Source: a bacterium
GTDB taxonomy: Bacteria; UBA8248; JACPRG01; G963555815
Direction: 5' to 3'
Length of the DNA stretch: 64,000 nucleotides
Assembly (NCBI GenBank): GCA_963555815.3
Contig: CAUVWX020000001.1
Coordinates: forward strand, 768,001-832,000
The position numbers were made by a program, and so were the translations under genes. Positions 1 to 13,569 of this stretch are shown here, one piece after another; position 1 is the stretch's first letter, and each line of letters opens with the position of its first letter. The notes beneath the pieces were generated by a model. The model did not search any database and was not told where the DNA came from. It was given only the letters and a program-made list of their open reading frames with translations.

Positions 1-78
1 CGGCCTAAATAAAGGGAATCAGCGTTCTTCGCCAGTATAGCAAACGTACTTTTGGCTTGATAGATAGTAGAGAGGGGG

Positions 79-107
79 TTGACGGCATAGAGCCGGTCGA
101 CTAGAGT
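79..107 (+). promoter_or_regulatory. sigma70-like promoter of the atp operon
   Basis: TTGACG (79-84), 17-nt spacer, TAGAGT (102-107), upstream of the first atp gene. Confidence 0.55.
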
Positions 108-187
108 GAGGGACTTTGAGAATCTCGTTTTCCTGCTTTTAAGGGGTCCTAGAAAGGCCAAAATCCCTCTGTAGGAAGGGCCCTTTT

Positions 188-619
188 GTGATCGATCTGA
201 ACTTCACAGTTTTCATCCAGTTTCTGAATTTCCTCGTCCTCCTCCTACTCCTGAACCGTTTTCTCTACCGGCCTATCCTGAAACGGATGGATGAACGGAG
301 GGAAAAGATTGAGGGAAACCTGGAGAGCGCTGCCGCCGACCGGGAAGCCGCACAAAAGCGCCTTGGGCAGTATGAGGTGGCCATCGCAAAGGTCAAGCGG
401 GAGGGGGTCGACGCCCTCTTTGAGGCCCAGCGACAGGCCGGGGAAGAGGCAAGGCGGATGGTGGAAGGGCAGCGGGAGGAGGCCAATCTCCTTGTCGAGA
501 GGACAAGGAAGCAAATAGAGAAACAGGGGGCCCTCGCCAACGAGGGTCTCGCCAAGGAGGCCCGCGGCCTTGCCGCTCTCATCACGCGCCAGGTGGCGGG
601 AAGGACGATCCGTGTCTAA
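188..619 (+). CDS. atpF: F0F1 ATP synthase subunit b' (b2)
   Basis: N-terminal TM helix (QFLNFLVLLLLLNRFLYRPI) followed by a charged coiled coil; first gene of the atp cluster. Confidence 0.9.
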   Translation: MIDLNFTVFIQFLNFLVLLLLLNRFLYRPILKRMDERREKIEGNLESAAADREAAQKRLGQYEVAIAKVKREGVDALFEAQRQAGEEARRMVEGQREEANLLVERTRKQIEKQGALANEGLAKEARGLAALITRQVAGRTIRV

Positions 620-1199
620 AGGTCTAAGGAAAACAGCGGTGGTCCTTCTCCTTGGGATCGCCCTCCTGGGTATCCCTCTCTTGGCCGCCGCGGCCGAGGA
701 AGGGGTCCACCACCGTGTCTTTGATTTCTGGACAGAGTTCTCTCGAGTCATCAATTTTCTGATCGTGGTGGTCCTGCTCTACTTCCTTCTGAGAAAGCCC
801 CTTCGGCGGGCAATGGCAGACCGTCGCGAGAGGCTCGTCAAGGCCATGGGCGATGCTGAGGAATCGAGGGCAGAGGCAAAAAGACTCCTGGAGGAATACA
901 CCGAGAGGACAGCCCGCCTGGAGCAAGAGCTTTCGGCCCTTCGGGCCACCGCTGAGGAGGAGCGCCGTTCCCTTCAGGGGCGTATCCTGGAGGAGGCCCG
1001 GGAGGTGACCCAGCGGGTGATGGAGCAGGCTCGCTTGACCATCGATCAGGAGGCCAAGAAGGCCGAGCAACGGCTCAAGGAGAAGGCCGCTTCCCTGGCC
1101 CTGGAGTTGGCCGAGGAGGCCCTGAAGAGGGAGCTTGGGCCCGATGATCAGCGGCGCTTTCTTAAAGAGTACGTCTCGAAGCTGGGAGACCTGAATTGA
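612..1199 (+). CDS. atpF: F0F1 ATP synthase subunit b
   Basis: INFLIVVVLLYFLLRKPL TM helix and coiled coil; GTG at 612 chosen because it overlaps the upstream stop. Confidence 0.9.
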   Translation: MSKGLRKTAVVLLLGIALLGIPLLAAAAEEGVHHRVFDFWTEFSRVINFLIVVVLLYFLLRKPLRRAMADRRERLVKAMGDAEESRAEAKRLLEEYTERTARLEQELSALRATAEEERRSLQGRILEEAREVTQRVMEQARLTIDQEAKKAEQRLKEKAASLALELAEEALKRELGPDDQRRFLKEYVSKLGDLN

Positions 1200-1738
1200 T
1201 CGGGCAAAAAGTGGCCCGGCGGTACGCAAAGGCCTTGGTGGAGCTCGCGGAGAAGGAGGGGCGCCTCGATGAGGTGGGCGAGGAGCTTGGACAGATGGTC
1301 TCGGCCCTCTCTGAGAGTGAAGAGCTCCAACACCTCCTTCTGAACCCTGCTGTCGCAAAAAACCTGAAGCGCGGCATCTTGAAAGAGCTCACCTCACATC
1401 TGTCCTTCTCGAGCTTGATGGTGAAGTTCTTGAACATCCTTTTAGACAAAGGGCGGATGGGGAACCTCGAAGGCATCTTTCGCGTCTATCAGGACCTCGC
1501 CGACGGCCTTCGCAACCAGGTCCGGGCCAAGGTCCGGTCTGCCTTCGCTCTCTCGCCCCAGGAGGAGGAGGTCCTTAGGCGGCGTCTTTCTGAGTGCATG
1601 GGGAAGGCGGTTATCCTGGAGGTTGAGACGGACCCAGGCCTCCTCGGGGGGCTTTCGACTCAGGTGGGGAGTTCAGTCTGGGACGGAAGCGTTCGAAAGG
1701 GTCTAGAAAACCTCCGAGGGCGGCTCGTGCGCCGGTAA
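1196..1738 (+). CDS. atpH: ATP synthase F1 subunit delta
   Basis: [10 protein letters not shown]-terminus and DPGLLGG...DGSV C-terminus. Confidence 0.95.
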   Translation: MIGQKVARRYAKALVELAEKEGRLDEVGEELGQMVSALSESEELQHLLLNPAVAKNLKRGILKELTSHLSFSSLMVKFLNILLDKGRMGNLEGIFRVYQDLADGLRNQVRAKVRSAFALSPQEEEVLRRRLSECMGKAVILEVETDPGLLGGLSTQVGSSVWDGSVRKGLENLRGRLVRR

Positions 1739-1769
1739 AAGGAAGAAAATCCCTTCACGTGGGGAAATC

Positions 1770-3296
1770 ATGGAAATTCGGGCGGAAGAGATCAGCGAGA
1801 TCATCAAAAAACAGATCGAGGGCTATGAGGCCAGCGTTGAGTTCTCAGAGGTGGGGCAGGTCATCACCGTGGGAGACGGGATCGCCCGGGTCTACGGCCT
1901 TGAGAAGGTGATGTATGGGGAGCTCCTGACCTTCCCCGGCGAAATTCTTGGGATGGCCCTCAACCTGGAGGAGGACAACGTGGGGGCAGTCCTCCTGGGA
2001 GCGGACACCCGGATCAAGGAGGGGGATGAGGTCAAGCGGACGGGCCGGATCATGGAGGTCCCCGTGGGGGACGCCCTGGTGGGCCGGGTGGTAAACCCTG
2101 TGGGCCAACCTCTGGACGGGAAAGGACCCATCGAGACATCGACCTTTGGCCCCATCGAGCGTCTCGCCCCGGGCGTGGTGGACCGTCTACCCGTCAACCA
2201 GCCCTTGCAGACAGGCGTCAAAGCGATTGACTCCATGATCCCCATCGGTCGGGGTCAGCGGGAGCTTATCATCGGAGACCGCGGGACCGGAAAGACCGCC
2301 CTCATCCTGGACACCATCCTGAGCCAGAAGGACACCGGTGTCGTCTGCATTTACGTCGCCATTGGACAGAAACGATCCACCGTGACCCAGGTCGTGAAGA
2401 AGCTGGAGGAGGAGGGGGCGTTGGGCTACACCATCATTGTCTTGGCGACGGCCAGCGAACCCGCTCCTCTCCTCTACATCGCCCCCTTCGCCGGGTGTGC
2501 CATGGGCGAATATTTTCGAGACAACGGCCGCCACGCCGTCGTCTTTTATGACGACCTCTCCAAGCAGGCCGCGGCCTATCGACAGCTCTCCCTCCTTCTC
2601 AGGCGCCCCCCGGGCCGTGAGGCCTATCCTGGGGACGTCTTCTATCTTCACTCGAGGCTCCTGGAGCGGGCCGCAAAGCTGAGCGACAGCTTGGGGGGAG
2701 GCTCCCTCACGGCCATCCCCGTGATTGAGACCCAGGCGGGGGACGTCGCGGCCTATATTCCGACGAACGTCATCTCCATCACGGACGGCCAGATCTATCT
2801 CGAGTCAGACCTCTTCTATTCGGGTATCCGGCCCGCCATCAACGTGGGCCTCTCGGTCTCCCGGGTGGGGGGCGCGGCCCAGAACAAGGCCATGAAGCAG
2901 GTGGCGGGCCGCCTTCGCCTCGACCTCGCCCAGTACCGGGAGATGGCCGCCTTCTCCCAGTTCGGGAGCGAGCTGGACGCGGCGACCCAGGCTCAGCTCG
3001 CCCTGGGAGAACGCTTGGTAGAGATTTTGAAACAGGACCAGTATGTTCCCCAGGCCGTCGAGAAGCAGGTGATGAGCATCTACCTGGGGGTGAACGGACA
3101 TCTCGACGATGTCCCCGTCGAACGCTGCCTAGAGTTTGAAAGGCGCTTTCTAGAATACATAGAGACCTGCCGTGGGGAGGTCGGAAAGGTCATCCGGGAG
3201 GAGAAGGAGATTTCCCCCGAGACGGATCAGGCCCTTCAGCAGGCGATCTCCGACTTTAAGGAAGAGTTCAAGGCTGCCGAGTCGGCAAAGGGTTGA
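1770..3296 (+). CDS. atpA: ATP synthase F1 subunit alpha
   Basis: [11 protein letters not shown]-loop [32 protein letters not shown]. Confidence 0.99.
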   Translation: MEIRAEEISEIIKKQIEGYEASVEFSEVGQVITVGDGIARVYGLEKVMYGELLTFPGEILGMALNLEEDNVGAVLLGADTRIKEGDEVKRTGRIMEVPVGDALVGRVVNPVGQPLDGKGPIETSTFGPIERLAPGVVDRLPVNQPLQTGVKAIDSMIPIGRGQRELIIGDRGTGKTALILDTILSQKDTGVVCIYVAIGQKRSTVTQVVKKLEEEGALGYTIIVLATASEPAPLLYIAPFAGCAMGEYFRDNGRHAVVFYDDLSKQAAAYRQLSLLLRRPPGREAYPGDVFYLHSRLLERAAKLSDSLGGGSLTAIPVIETQAGDVAAYIPTNVISITDGQIYLESDLFYSGIRPAINVGLSVSRVGGAAQNKAMKQVAGRLRLDLAQYREMAAFSQFGSELDAATQAQLALGERLVEILKQDQYVPQAVEKQVMSIYLGVNGHLDDVPVERCLEFERRFLEYIETCRGEVGKVIREEKEISPETDQALQQAISDFKEEFKAAESAKG

Positions 3297-3312
3297 TTAG
3301 CCAGGAGGCGCA

Positions 3313-4194
3313 ATGGCGACCCTTCGGGTCATCCGACGACGGATCACCAGTGTCAGGAAGACCCAGCAAGTGACCCGGGCCATGAAGTTTGTGGCGGCGA
3401 CGAAGCTCCGCCGGGCCCAACAGCGCATTACCAACGCCCGCCCCCATGCCGACAAGATGGCGGAGGTGGCGGCGAGCCTTGCCCGGCGGACAGATCCCGC
3501 CAGGCACCCCCTCCTTGTGGCCCGGCCCGTGCGGCGCCTTTTGTTGGTCCCGGTGACCTCTGACAAAGGCCTCTGTGGCGCCTATAACGCCAACGTGCTG
3601 AGATCTACCCTCGACCTTATTCAAAGCCGAAGCGAGCAGGCAGAGGTGCTGGCCGTCTCCGTCGTCGCCATCGGGAAAAAAGGGCGGGACCTCTTCGCCT
3701 ATCGCAGGATGGAGATCGAGCGGGAGTTCATCGGGTACTATGGCCACGTGGAGTATGCCCTGGCGACCGAGATCGCAGATTACCTCATCGAGGCCTTTCA
3801 GGAGAGGCGGGCCGACGAGGTGACCTTCATCTATAATAAGTTCCTATCGGCCGTCCAGCAGTGCGTGACCATAGAGCCCATCCTTCCCCTCAGACTCCTG
3901 GCCCCCCAGGAGGAGACCGCTGGCGTCGAGGAGGAGGACTTTCTCTACGAGCCCTCTGTGGACGGTGTCCTCTCGGGTCTCCTCCCTCGCCACCTCTACA
4001 CCCAGGTCTTTCGGATCCTCCTCGATGCCGATGCCAGCGAGCACGGGGCCCGCATGGTGGCTATGGACAACGCGACGAATAACGCCTCGGACATGATCAC
4101 TGACCTCACTCGCCGCTTGAACAGGACTCGTCAGGCCGCCATCACTAGGGAGCTTATCGAGGTAGTCAGCGGGGCGGATGCCCTGCGGGGGTGA
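3313..4194 (+). CDS. atpG: ATP synthase F1 subunit gamma
   Basis: TSDKGLCGAYN, SEHGARMVAMDNAT, RQAAITRELIEVVSGA. Confidence 0.98.
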   Translation: MATLRVIRRRITSVRKTQQVTRAMKFVAATKLRRAQQRITNARPHADKMAEVAASLARRTDPARHPLLVARPVRRLLLVPVTSDKGLCGAYNANVLRSTLDLIQSRSEQAEVLAVSVVAIGKKGRDLFAYRRMEIEREFIGYYGHVEYALATEIADYLIEAFQERRADEVTFIYNKFLSAVQQCVTIEPILPLRLLAPQEETAGVEEEDFLYEPSVDGVLSGLLPRHLYTQVFRILLDADASEHGARMVAMDNATNNASDMITDLTRRLNRTRQAAITRELIEVVSGADALRG

Positions 4195-4206
4195 CACGCA
4201 AGATAG

Positions 4207-5655
<1,449 letters not shown>

Positions 5656-5673
5656 CCCGGGAAAGCGAAGAAG

Positions 5674-6096
5674 ATGACGACCGAGGGACCACAAAAAGTA
5701 CGCCTGGAGGTTGTAACCCCAGAGCGCCTTCTTCTCTCCGAGGAGGTGGACATGGTGAGCGCCCCCGGGGCGCTGGGGGAGTTTGGCGTCCTCCCCTTTC
5801 ACACCCCTCTTCTGACGACCCTGGACATCGGTGAGGTTGTGTATCGAAAGGGAGAGAAGACACACCACCTGGCCCTCAGTTGGGGCTACGCCGAGGTTGG
5901 GCCCGAGAAGGTGACCATCCTGGCGGAGGTGGCTGAGAAGGCGGAGGAGATTGACTTGAAAAGGGCTGAGGTGGCTGAGGGGCGTGCTCTGAAGCGTCTC
6001 AGAGAGCAGCAAGGCCCAGTCGATATCGAAAGGGCTCGGGTGGCCCTGGAAAGGGCGCGCGTGCGCCTTCGGGTTGCGAGAAAGGACTCTAAATGA
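5674..6096 (+). CDS. atpC: ATP synthase F1 subunit epsilon
   Basis: LEVVTPER, GEFGVLPFHTP, C-terminal helical hairpin. Confidence 0.96.
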   Translation: MTTEGPQKVRLEVVTPERLLLSEEVDMVSAPGALGEFGVLPFHTPLLTTLDIGEVVYRKGEKTHHLALSWGYAEVGPEKVTILAEVAEKAEEIDLKRAEVAEGRALKRLREQQGPVDIERARVALERARVRLRVARKDSK

Positions 6097-6193
6097 TTCA
6101 GGCGGCCCATATTCAGCCAAGCGTCGGAGGAGAAAGATCGGGCCGCATTTTTCACGGGAGGAGGGGGGACGGCCCCCTTGGAAGAGCTGGGGA

Positions 6194-7048
6194 ATGAAGG
6201 TCCGAGTCGGGCTCAGCCAGATTAGCCCCACCTTAGGGGACCTGGATCGCAATATTGAGATCTTCCGAAAGGCCGTGGCGCAGGCGCAGGAGAAGGGGCT
6301 AGAGCTCCTCATCTTTCCCGAGCTTGGCCTGACGGGCTATTTCCTCAAGGACATGGTCCCGGCGGTGGCCCAGTTACGGAGCTCCCGTCTCTTGAAGGAG
6401 ATGAAGGCCATCAGTCAAAAACTCTCTCTGGTGGTGGGGCTGGTTGAAGAGTCTCGGGATCATTGTTTCTATAATTCGGCCTTTTATCTTGAAGGAGGGG
6501 AGATCCTTCACATCCACCGAAAGCTCTATCTCCCCACATACGGGATGTTCGACGAGCAACGCTACCTTGCCCGGGGTAAAAAGGTCCGGGCCTTTGAGAC
6601 CCGGTTCGGGCGGGCCTGCATGCTCATTTGCGAGGACGCTTGGCATCCATCTACCGTCTACGTCGCCTCCCAGGACGGGGCGGAACTCCTCTTCATCCCG
6701 TCCTCCAGCCCGGGGCGGGGAGTGGAAGGCGGGCACGATCTCGCCATCACCCGGACCTGGGAAGGCATGAACCGCATCTATGCGCTGCTCTTCTCCCAGT
6801 TCTGCTTCTTCGTCAACCGCGTCGGATATGAGGACGGCGTGAGTTTTTGGGGGGGGTCCGAGGTCGTTGACCCTAAGGGGGAGGTCCAGGCCAAGGGGCC
6901 TTACTTCGATGAGGCCTTCGTCGAGGCCGAGATCGATCTTCAGGAAGTCCGCCGAGCGCGCATCAGCTCTCCTACCCTGAGGGACGAGGACCTTGGCCTG
7001 ACCATCCGGGAGCTTCAGCGAATCAGAAAGGCCCAAGAGGCCACCTGA
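6194..7048 (+). CDS. carbon-nitrogen hydrolase (nitrilase superfamily; resembles a stand-alone NAD synthetase glutaminase domain)
   Basis: E-K-C triad motifs FPELG, HRKLYLPTYGMFDEQRY, ICEDAWH; start set at ATG 6194. Confidence 0.85.
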   Translation: MKVRVGLSQISPTLGDLDRNIEIFRKAVAQAQEKGLELLIFPELGLTGYFLKDMVPAVAQLRSSRLLKEMKAISQKLSLVVGLVEESRDHCFYNSAFYLEGGEILHIHRKLYLPTYGMFDEQRYLARGKKVRAFETRFGRACMLICEDAWHPSTVYVASQDGAELLFIPSSSPGRGVEGGHDLAITRTWEGMNRIYALLFSQFCFFVNRVGYEDGVSFWGGSEVVDPKGEVQAKGPYFDEAFVEAEIDLQEVRRARISSPTLRDEDLGLTIRELQRIRKAQEAT

Positions 7049-7104
7049 GCTTCCCCCCTTGTCGGGACTGTCCGCAAACAGGCGCTCAGTCCTCTGTACA
7101 TTAG

Positions 7105-8415
<1,311 letters not shown>

Positions 8416-8460
8416 GGCCGCGTGAAATACCGCCTTCATCCTTCCGGGTGGAGATAAGTT

Positions 8461-9799
8461 TTGGCCGTTGAAGAGTCCCGCCTTCGCCAGGATCTCCTGG
8501 GAATTTTTCACCATGCCCTTCAGGCCGTTGATTCCCTTCAGCTCATCAAACGCTCGCTGCGCCTTGAAGGCACGAGACTCCTCTTGGGAGGGGAGAGGGA
8601 TCTGGACGTCGGTCATTTCTCGCGCGTCTATGTCGTTGGGGCGGGAAAGGCGGGGGCGAAGATGGCCCTGGGGCTTGAGGAGATTTTGCCCGGCCGGATC
8701 GACCAGGGCTTTATCAACGTCAAGTACGGCCACGCTTTTCCCCTTGAAATCGTTCGGCTTCAAGAGGCGGGACACCCCATCCCAGACGAAAATGGGGTGC
8801 AAGGTGTCAACGAGATGGTTCAGATCCTCGATGGCGCCTCCGAAAAAGATCTTGTTTTCTGTCTCCTCTCAGGGGGAGGCTCGGCCCTTCTCCCCCTTCC
8901 TGCCGCGGGCCTCAACCTGGACCACAAGAAAGAGGCGACTCGTATCCTCCTTGAGTGCGGGGCCGACATTGAGGAGGTGAACACCGTCCGAAAACACCTC
9001 TCGGCCATCAAGGGGGGGCACCTCGCTCGCCGGGCTCAACCCGGCCACCCTCGTCTCTCTCATCCTCTCTGACGTCATCGGAGACCGTCTGGACTCCATC
9101 GCCTCGGGCCCGGCGGTGCCAGACCCAACGACCTTCGCCGACTGTCTCAGCGTGATGAAGCGGTATGGGATCAGACATAAATTCCCGCGGCCCGTGGTTT
9201 CGCATTTGGAAAAAGGGGCCCGGGGAGAGCTACCCGAGACCCCGAAGGTGGGAGACCCTGCTTTCGGGCGGACGACGAATCTCACCGTCGGCAATAATCA
9301 CCTGGCGGTTCAGGCGGCGGCGGAGCAGGCAAAAACTCTTGGCTACCAAGTCCTCACCCTCTCTACTCAGATGGAGGGCGAGGCCCGCGAGGTCGCCAAG
9401 ATGTATGCCGATATTGCCAAGAAGATCCGGGAAAGGGGTCAACCCCTTCGTCCCCCGGCGTGTGTCCTGAGTGGTGGTGAGACGACCGTCACACTTCGCG
9501 GAGGGGGAAAGGGTGGAAGGAATCAGGAGTTGGTCCTGGCGGCGGCGCTAGGGGTGGCGGGACTTGAGGGAGTTGCCCTCCTGAGCGGAGGGACGGATGG
9601 GACGGATGGCCCGACCGACGCCGCCGGCGCCCTCGCGGACGGGAGAACGATCCAAAGATCTGCCGGTGCCGGACTCGACGCCAGGGCGCACCTTCAAAAT
9701 AATGATGCCTATCCCTTCTTTGAACGGCTCGGAGACCTTCTCGTCACAGGCCCCACCCTCACCAATGTCATGGACCTCCATATCTTTCTCGTCGGCTGA
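8461..9799 (+). pseudogene. glycerate 2-kinase (MOFRL family), split by one extra base near 9040-9042
   Basis: GAGKA, AGHPIPD and SGGGSAL in ORF 8461-9072; LSDVIGD..IASGP, GGETTV, GGRNQE, GTDGTDG and TGPTLTNVMD in the next frame; removing one C from CAACCCGG restores RAQPATLVSLILSDV. Confidence 0.85.
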
Positions 9800-9811
9800 C
9801 AAGGGGGTGCA

Positions 9812-9845
9812 GAGGGCCCGAAAGGATAAAACCTTTCGGGCCCTC
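9812..9845. terminator. perfect 14-bp hairpin between convergent genes (bidirectional terminator)
   Basis: GAGGGCCCGAAAGG-ATAAAA-CCTTTCGGGCCCTC. Confidence 0.75.
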
Positions 9846-9860
9846 GTGTGTGTAGGTTGA

Positions 9861-11969
9861 TTATCTCAGGTTGGTAGAGACTGCGTCAGAGCGTGGGTGG
9901 TAGGAGAAGATCATGTTGTCGTGGAAGAGGGGGTCGAACTGGTAGAAGAGTTGTGCCCCCGCTCTGGGTGCCTCTACGTTGGCGGTGATGGAGCTGTTGC
10001 CGTCGACGGGCCTTCCGTGGAAGTAGGTGTAGTCGACCCAGTAGCGTCCGTCGGGCGCCTTCAGGGTTCCGGTCTCTGGGTTCATGGTGAGGAAGGGGGC
10101 CCAGATGCGGGTCGGGGGGATGATGTCCCCGCCCCCGTTTGGGTTCCTCAAGAAGCCCGGGAAGCGAAGCTCGGGGAAGGTGTCGGAGTAGGGGTGGGTG
10201 ATGATGGCCCCTTTGGGCATCTTGGCGACGCCAAAGGCCTCTGCGTCAAAGCTGATGAGGACCCCGTCCTCTCCGTCGGCGTCCCGAAGGGGATCGCCCG
10301 CGGGGATGTTCGCACCCTCTCTGATCTTCGCCGGCGGATTGAAACGCCAGTAACCGCTCACGCGCTTGAAGATGTAGCCCGGGTGAGTCTTACCGAGCTG
10401 ATCAGTGAAGGGGGTCAGGAGTGCCTGGTCCTCTTCCCGTGGGAAGACCCCCGCTTGGGCATTGATCCCGGCGTGGGGGACAAACCCCCAACCGGTTCGC
10501 CACTGCATCTCGGCCACCTTGGGCACCCCATAGGTGGGCTTGGCGTTGAACTTCCCGAAGCTGAAGCTGCCGTTGCCAAAGGTCCTGGCCGCCTCGTTGG
10601 GGAGCTGGTCGCCGAAGTCCACGTTTCGGTAGTAGTGGACCATGTTGTCCAGGTTGATGATCTTGACCTTAAAGGACCCCCCTTGCTCCCAGTCACGGAC
10701 CACGGCGCCCTTGGCCTCGGTCCCGACCTGGGCGTAAGGGGTCACGCCGTAGATCTCGTTGTTTAGGTAGGCCAGGATGATGTCGTAGTCCCCGTATTCG
10801 TCGCGACCTATCCCCTCCTCCTCCTGAAGGACTTCCCATGCCTCAGGGGGCAGCTGACGAAGATCGGCCGCGAGCCGGGTCCACTCCCGAAAGGTCCCAG
10901 AAGGGGCCACGTCGGGGTCCATGAGCATGGCGGCGATCTCGCTGCCGGTGGCGCCCTCCATGGCCGCCGTGGCGACCCGGTAGGCCTTCTTCTCGGGGGC
11001 CGCCTCGCCGATGTTCTCAATGGTCAGATTCTCTCGGGTCCGCGTCGCGAAGGACTCACCCGCCGGGTTCAGCTCGCCGTCAGGGGAATCCTCAAAGACC
11101 GGCTGAAGGAACTGGACCCGAGGCGGGTGCACGCCCCAGCCCCAGGTGTACATGCCCTTGAAGTGGATGAGAGAGGGGTATTTGATCGTCATCTCAGCAA
11201 GGGTCTCTGCCGGAACGCTCGTGAAGGTGCTGTCCAGACCGTGAAAGATCCGGCCAAAGCCGTCGTTGAGAATCGTGGTCGGGGCGATATCCTCCTGAAT
11301 GAGCGAGTATATCCGCCAGTTGATGCGGAACTCGTCGTAGAGTTGAGCCTCATAGGGGACGCGAAGGAGGAAGGTGTCTGAGTCGAAGTTGTGGCCGTAC
11401 CAGAGCATGTTGATGGTCACCTCCCACACCTTGTGGAGCTCACCATCGATCTGGCTGCGAACGGTCTCGCCCGTGTCCACCAGACGCTTCATCTTGTACT
11501 CGTCCGGGACCTGGTCGGCCACAAGGGCGCCCGGGTTATAGTTCAAGAGAGGAAAACCGTCGTAGACCCGGCCCTCGGTCGTGCCAAGGAGGATGGCCAG
11601 CATCTCCTCGGCAGCGCTCAGATCCTCAACCGGCTGGTCACCGGACGCCCGAGCCACCACGAGAAGACGCGTCATGGCCAACTCAATGTCCTGAAGGGGA
11701 TCGCGAAGACCCTCGATTTCCCACCCCGTGGCACTATCCGTCTCCAACAGCGGCGTCATCGTCAGCTCGCTGGCGTGAAGCATGGGCTTCCCTTCATAGG
11801 CCGGCGTCGTGTGAGGGACCCGAATCTCCCTGCCCATCTTGTGACTCAAAACCGGGTCCACTGAGTCCGGCAATAAGGTGGGCGCACAAGCCGTCAGGGT
11901 CAATAACAACAACACCCCCCAGGACTTCCACACCCCGCCACCCTTGAAATGCCCACGCAATGTCCTCAT
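9861..11969 (-). CDS. large putative lipoprotein of unknown function
   Basis: ~700-codon ORF with a hydrophobic stretch and lipobox LLLLTLTAC; Trp/Tyr/His-rich motifs such as YTWGWGVHPPRVQ; start uncertain (11969 or 11987). Confidence 0.75.
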   Translation of the reverse strand: MRTLRGHFKGGGVWKSWGVLLLLTLTACAPTLLPDSVDPVLSHKMGREIRVPHTTPAYEGKPMLHASELTMTPLLETDSATGWEIEGLRDPLQDIELAMTRLLVVARASGDQPVEDLSAAEEMLAILLGTTEGRVYDGFPLLNYNPGALVADQVPDEYKMKRLVDTGETVRSQIDGELHKVWEVTINMLWYGHNFDSDTFLLRVPYEAQLYDEFRINWRIYSLIQEDIAPTTILNDGFGRIFHGLDSTFTSVPAETLAEMTIKYPSLIHFKGMYTWGWGVHPPRVQFLQPVFEDSPDGELNPAGESFATRTRENLTIENIGEAAPEKKAYRVATAAMEGATGSEIAAMLMDPDVAPSGTFREWTRLAADLRQLPPEAWEVLQEEEGIGRDEYGDYDIILAYLNNEIYGVTPYAQVGTEAKGAVVRDWEQGGSFKVKIINLDNMVHYYRNVDFGDQLPNEAARTFGNGSFSFGKFNAKPTYGVPKVAEMQWRTGWGFVPHAGINAQAGVFPREEDQALLTPFTDQLGKTHPGYIFKRVSGYWRFNPPAKIREGANIPAGDPLRDADGEDGVLISFDAEAFGVAKMPKGAIITHPYSDTFPELRFPGFLRNPNGGGDIIPPTRIWAPFLTMNPETGTLKAPDGRYWVDYTYFHGRPVDGNSSITANVEAPRAGAQLFYQFDPLFHDNMIFSYHPRSDAVSTNLR

Positions 11970-12198
11970 TATCGCCCCCTTTGGCACACTCGATGGCGCC
12001 AGTGGATGTCACTCCCTGAATATCGTTATCAGAACTCCAACGGCCCTTTAAGTCAAAAATATACGCCAAAATCCTATCAAGCGCCACTCAGGCGAAACAA
12101 TGGGTTTCTCAGCGGAGCTTTTCTGGGGTCGGGAGTGGCTCAAACGTGCTGTTTTTATGGCGGTTGAGCACCTCGCGGGCCGGCGCGTCTGGTGTCGT

Positions 12199-13569
12199 CT
12201 AACCCGCCGCCAGGATCGTCAGCCCGAGCACCGTGAGGCCGACCATCACGGCCAGCATGGCGTACTGGGTGCGGAAGGCGCGGTCTGGAGGAAACTCGGC
12301 GAGGGCGCGATCGTGGGCGAGGATCACCGCGACCACGTGGCCGGTGACGATGACGGCCACCTGGACGTACCAGATCCCTGTGGGCGGTAGCCAGTAGTTG
12401 ATCTTCCAATTGGCGGTGCCGAACAGGTTCCACCCGAGTGCGAACGGATCGCTGAGCGTGGAGAGCAGCAGCTGACCTTCGAAGATGACCAGCGTGAAGT
12501 AGTGGGCGACGGCGTAGGCCAGGCCGATCGGCACCAGGGTGTGGGCGAAGCTCCGGGCCACATCGGATGGCGAGCGGTCGCTCTCGCCGGAGATCTGAAC
12601 TGCCGCCCACGAGGCCTGCCAGTATCCGGCGCCGATCAACGCCACAGTGCCGATCAGCGCGAGGGTGCCAAGCCACGGCTCGCTGGACGAGAACCCCATG
12701 CCTGCCGCGATGTCCCGCCACCAGGGGGTGCTGGAGAGGCCGTCGTAGGTGACGGTGCCGATCATCAGCACGACGAACATGGTGAGGCCGGACCATTGTG
12801 GCACGGCCGGAAGGGCCCGCAGCCACCCTCGCCAGACCAGCTGGCCCTTCTCCGTCCTTCCGAACGGGGAGATCCCGCTGATTAGACGGTTGTAGGTGGT
12901 GAAGGCATCGCCCACCTGGAGCCCGGTGGTGCGTCCCGCCCAGGTCATCATGGCGAAGATGTAGAGCGTGTACACGAGGGCGGCGACCCCGAGCGTGCGT
13001 GGAGAGCCAGGGTCGGGGTACACAAGTTCTAGCCAGGTGAAGGCTAGGAAGGCCAAGGCCGCTGGCCACACACCCCAGCGAGTCAGTAGATCGTGGCGCT
13101 CGCGGCCACCGATTCTAGACAACTCGCCGATCGTGCGCCAGGGGTTGATCGGCGCCCACAGGTTCCCGACGAGCGCCCCTAAAAAAGGCATCGCAAGCCA
13201 GAAGACCACCCAGACGAGAACGGGTGCTATGTTGCGGGAGATGGTATTGGAGCCGCCCAACCCCGCGAGGATCACCAAGACGAAGACCAGCAAACCAATA
13301 ACCCGAAGCACCCCGGCGAGTGGGCGCAGCCACGAGCCGCCCAGCACCCGTTGCTGGGGGCCGCCCTGTAGCCTGGGCTTGGTCCAAAGTACGCCGATGG
13401 CCACGAAAGACACGACGAGAACGATGCCGGCGCCGTAGAGAAAAAACTCCAAGGGCACTGGCAGGTCGGCCCGGCCGCCGACTATCCCGTGCGCGATAGC
13501 CGGGATGGGGGCAGCCAGCAGCAGGAGGTTCAGCCCCAGCAGCGCGGCTAACCTGGCCCTTGCTCTCAT
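12199..13569 (-). CDS. multi-pass membrane protein, FedB ('fenitrothion hydrolase')-like
   Basis: Signal peptide ending AIA followed by HGIVGGRADLPVP; many TM helices; motifs INPWRT, FAHTLVPIGLAYAVAHY, SDPFALGWNLFGT, GHVVAVILAH. Confidence 0.7.
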   Translation of the reverse strand: MRARARLAALLGLNLLLLAAPIPAIAHGIVGGRADLPVPLEFFLYGAGIVLVVSFVAIGVLWTKPRLQGGPQQRVLGGSWLRPLAGVLRVIGLLVFVLVILAGLGGSNTISRNIAPVLVWVVFWLAMPFLGALVGNLWAPINPWRTIGELSRIGGRERHDLLTRWGVWPAALAFLAFTWLELVYPDPGSPRTLGVAALVYTLYIFAMMTWAGRTTGLQVGDAFTTYNRLISGISPFGRTEKGQLVWRGWLRALPAVPQWSGLTMFVVLMIGTVTYDGLSSTPWWRDIAAGMGFSSSEPWLGTLALIGTVALIGAGYWQASWAAVQISGESDRSPSDVARSFAHTLVPIGLAYAVAHYFTLVIFEGQLLLSTLSDPFALGWNLFGTANWKINYWLPPTGIWYVQVAVIVTGHVVAVILAHDRALAEFPPDRAFRTQYAMLAVMVGLTVLGLTILAAG